Of a stretch of DNA of 64,000 bases, positions 60,218-64,000 are shown in pieces. Position numbers and translations under genes: made by a program. Position 1 is the first letter of the stretch, and the number at the start of each line of letters is the position of its first letter. Source of the stretch: Eledone cirrhosa (Eukaryota); the NCBI GenBank assembly GCA_964016885.1, contig OZ024754.1, positions 42,842,001 to 42,906,000 of the forward strand, in the 5' to 3' direction. The notes beneath the pieces were generated by a model. It was not told the origin of the DNA. It made no database searches and saw only the letters and a list, made by a program, of their open reading frames with translations.

Positions 60218-60664
60218 ATACATGCAAAGTTATATTTAAAATTGTTGGGTTACAACTAGTAAATATTTATAACTGATATAAAAGCACTCGACAAATACTT
60301 GGAGTATATTTACAATATTAAATAAATGGAAAACTATATTTATAAAACCATATTTATTTCATTATATATATTTCGGGGATATCATATTAACAATATGCTA
60401 TGCCTTCATCAGACAAAATACAATATAAACAGTTTTATAGATAAATATATTCGACATACCGTAATAAACATCAACTTAGAGTGAACCTCTTCAAATGAAG
60501 TTGATGTTTATTACGGTATGTCGAATATATTTATCTATAAAACTGTTTATATTGTATTTTGTCTGATGAAGGCATAGCATATTGTTAATATGATATCCCC
60601 GAAATATATATAATGAAATAAATATGGTTTTATAAATATAGTTTTCCATTTATTTAATATTGTA
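60218..60664 (-). mobile_element. PLE-like fold-back insertion with hammerhead (palindrome TATATA) on both strands
   Basis: Inverted arms of about 165 bp (60312-60477 and 60498-60664). TTGT-CTGATGA(60563)…GAAA(60601)-TATATA-TA^ATGA, then AATAAA. Confidence 0.8.
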
Positions 60665-60680
60665 TATATATTTATATATA

Positions 60681-60715
<35 letters not shown>

Positions 60716-60740
60716 GTAATCTGAGTTTTTCGAATATTAA

Positions 60741-60930
60741 TAATTGTTTCTACTTTTGGCACAAGGCCAGCAATTATCCCAGTGTATTACTGGTACTTTA
60801 TTTTATCGACCTGGTAAGGATGAAAGGCAAAGTTAACCTCGACGGGATTTGAACTCAGACCGTAAAGGGACGTAACTATGCTGGAAAGCATGGCGTCTGA
60901 CCCTCTACCGATACTGCCAATTCACCGCCA
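60741..60930 (-). mobile_element. Full-length tRNA-derived SINE with 18-bp target site duplication
   Basis: TTTTCGAATATTAATAAT at 60727-60744 and 60931-60948. A box TGGCAGTATCGG and B box GTTCAAATCC. Confidence 0.92.
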
Positions 60931-61056
60931 TTTTCGAATATTAATAATAACATTCGATTCGTTTGCAATCATGCAAACAGTCCTCATTTTAAAAGCCATG
61001 TCAGTAGAATGAGCCCCTCATTCTTGCTCTTGTGTTGGCATGTAGAGCGAAAATTT

Positions 61057-61096
<40 letters not shown>

Positions 61097-61260
61097 TATA
61101 TGTGCTGTACATCATGGAAAAGAAGCTATATCATTTGTCTATTATTTCTTCATAAGTACATTTTAAACTTATAGGCTCGTTTAAATGATTTTTTGTGTGG
61201 TTGATTTATACTGATTGGGAGAGGAAATACTGTATATATTTTATCTAATGATTCTTTGGA

Positions 61261-61313
<53 letters not shown>

Positions 61314-61493
61314 TAGAGCAAACATCACGGGCGCTCTATCTCAAAATTATTTTTGAAAAGCATTACAAATGCGCAACCGGTAAAACTTAAAACCAAAACT
61401 GAATACTAACCAATACTATTACTAATTTTTACTTATTCCTAATTAAACTATTTTTCACTGGGAACAATTTGTCAGCATTTTCTTTTCCTTTTA

Positions 61494-61498
<5 letters not shown>
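61314..61498 (+). mobile_element. Family F PLE-like 3' fragment
   Basis: Homologous to 9058-9252. 5'-truncated at AGAGCAAAC; TA-flanked. Confidence 0.72.
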
Positions 61499-61541
<43 letters not shown>

Positions 61542-61663
61542 TTTATCAGGACATGAAAGTTGTAAAACAGAGAAGATTTGATTGATATAAGTTCACTGGT
61601 ATGTCTGGCCTATTTCACAATATATCTTACTAGTTACATCTGACATCAAAATATTTCACTAAT

Positions 61664-61772
<109 letters not shown>

Positions 61773-61968
61773 CAGTTCTTTACGTTCGCTAACAAAGGAC
61801 ATTCCTGAAGTCTTCTAAAGTTTTATTTCTATGAAGTTTTTCTTTAAAATGATGTCATGTTCCTCTATACTTATAACTACTTTATCTCACTTTATAGTCT
61901 CTCTCTCTCTTTCCCTCTCTCTCTCTCCCTCTCTCCCTCATTCATTCTGTCTGTCTGTCTCCCACTCT

Positions 61969-62156
61969 CATGGTTTAGGGGTTAGAACATTGGGCTTGCA
62001 ATCGGGAGGTTGAGAGTTCGATTCTTGAGCCAGGTGATGCGTTGTCTCCTTGAGCAAGTCACTTTACTTCACGTTGCTCCAGTTTACTCAGCTGTAGTTG
62101 TGATGTGACTGGTGCCAAGCTGTATCGGCCATTGTCTTTCCCTTGGACATTATCGT
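61969..62156 (+). mobile_element. tRNA-derived SINE 5' part (different family)
   Basis: A box TGGTTTAGGGG, B box GTTCGATTC, then TCCTTGAGCAAGTCACTTTACTTCACGTTGCTCCAG. Confidence 0.75.
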
Positions 62157-62169
62157 ATGTAGTTTAGTG

Positions 62170-63012
62170 CGTGTATGTGCGTGTATGTATAAGTGTGTAT
62201 GTGCGTGTATGTATGTATGTCTCTGTATATATGTGTGTGTGTGTGTATGTGTGTGTGTACCGCTGTACGTCTGTGTATGTCTGTGTGTGTGTATGTCTCT
62301 GTATATATGTGTGTGTATGTGTGTGTGTACCGCTGTACGTCTGTGTATGTCTCTGTGTGTGTGTATGTCACTGTATATGTGTGTGTGTGTGTATGTGTGT
62401 GTGTACCGCTGTACGTCTGTGTATGTCTGTGTGTGTGTATGTCACTGTATATGTGTATGTGTGTGTGTACCTCTGTACGTCTGTGTATGTCTGTGTGTGT
62501 GTATGTCACTGTATATGTGTGTGTGTACCTCTGTACGTCTGTGTATGTCTGTGTGTGTATGTCACTGTATATGTGTATGTGTGTGTGTACCTCTATAGTC
62601 TGTGTATGTCTGTGTGTGTGTATTGTCTCTGTATATATGTGTGTGTGTGTATGTGTGTGTGTGTGTACCTCTGTACGTCTGTGTATGTGTGTATGTCTCT
62701 GTATACGTGTGTGTGTGTGTGTGTGTGTGTACCTCTGTACGTCTGTGTATGTCTGTGTGTGTGTATGTCACTGTATATGTGTGTGTATGTGTGTGTGTAC
62801 CTCTGTACGTCTGTGTATGTCTGTGTGTGTGTATGTCTCTGTATATGTGTGTGTGTATGTATGTGTGTGTGTACCTCTGTACGTCTGTGTATGTCTGTGT
62901 GTGTGTATGTCTCTGTATGTGTGTGTGTGTGTATGTGTGTGTGTACCTCTGTACGTCTGTGTACGTCTGTGTATGTCTGTGTGTGTATGTCACTGTATAT
63001 GTGTGTGTGTGT
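62170..63012. repeat. Compound (TG)n-based minisatellite with GTACCTCTGTACGTCTG anchors
   Basis: Anchor recurs every 55-65 nt. Confidence 0.85.
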
Positions 63013-63324
63013 GATGAGAGGGTGACACAGTGAAAACATCGTGACTTTTTCACCACTTTGAATCTTATTTTCATTTTACTTTATCTTTTATCTTTTCTAT
63101 TCCGCCCTAAAAGACTTTCCATCTTTCCCTTGCCTTATTTTCTTCCCTCCCTAAGTATCCCTCGGTTTCCCTCTCAACCATGTACATCATCATGTCTTCA
63201 TATATGATGTACGTGAGTTATCCACCTTTTTAAAATGGTATTTAAAACGGATCAGGAAATTTGGCATGTTGAATGAACAAATAAAATAAACAGATGAATA
63301 AATATATAAACAAATATACAAACG

Positions 63325-63380
<56 letters not shown>

Positions 63381-63547
63381 CAAATATACAACATGGTATA
63401 AACAATATATATATATATATATATAATATATATAATATATATAATATATATATACAAGGCATAAACAAACAAAATAAAGAGCTGATAGGGATTGAAACAT
63501 GTAACAAATTCTAAACGATTTAATCTGCCCCCAGATATTGTTATTAT

Positions 63548-63578
<31 letters not shown>

Positions 63579-63877
63579 CTTGTTGTTGTTCTTGTTGTTG
63601 TTGTTGTTATTATTATTATTATTGTTGCTGAAATATATTAAAGACACTTTAGTTGACAGAAATGGCGTCGTTTAAAATCTAGTGAGAAGACACGTAGATG
63701 AGAGAGAGAGAGAGTGTGATCAACCTAAAGAGATACAGACAACTACCTCCCACCACCCTCCACCCCACCCACACTCTATGAAACTCACGTCTTGTTACGC
63801 ACAAAAGAGCAGTGTTAAACTGTTTAATTTACATTTCTGGTATTGTTGTTGTTGATGTTGTTGTTGCTGTTTTCGGA

Positions 63878-64000
63878 TCTCCGTCAGAGATAACGAGGTG
63901 TCTTTCACTACGTTGACCAACGGAACTGTCTGCTTGTGAAGTTAACTTGCAAGTGGCTGAGCATTCCTCTGAGAGATGTGCTCTTGTCATAGATTCTTAG
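63878..64000 (-). mobile_element. SINE 3' fragment (family of 52355)
   Basis: CTGCTTGTGAAGTTAACTTGCAAGTGGCTGAGCATTCC is the reverse complement of the family motif. Confidence 0.6.

Noticed and set aside
61969-62035. tRNA gene
   Set aside because: A and B boxes are present, but there is no acceptor stem and it continues into a SINE body.

Overview
Non-coding, very repeat-rich eukaryotic DNA, most likely from an octopod cephalopod (inferred from the SINE families and the microsatellite load). About half the window is (TA)n/(CA)n/(GA)n/triplet microsatellite, and almost all ORFs in the track are artefacts of those repeats. Recognisable content: tRNA-derived SINEs; decayed R4/Dong-like and RTE LINE fragments; a mariner relic; piggyBac-like, pogo-like and hAT-like MITEs; several minisatellites born inside transposons; and a Penelope-type GIY-YIG endonuclease fragment. 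The main signal is about 10 distinct families of short elements inserted almost exclusively into (TA)n tracts. They carry minimal type-I hammerhead ribozyme cores (CTGANGA...GAAA-palindrome-TH), with a different helix-III palindrome in nearly every family. About 15 insertions are fold-back hairpins, usually turning at or near the ribozyme, and several families share a YTGAGTRCY motif about 35-60 nt from their 3' end. A second signal is a series of short unique CpG-containing islands with YY1/E2F/DRE/ETS-CRE/CTCF-like motifs and splice donors, but almost no coding exons. No complete protein-coding gene could be supported. All calls were made by eye, without database searches.
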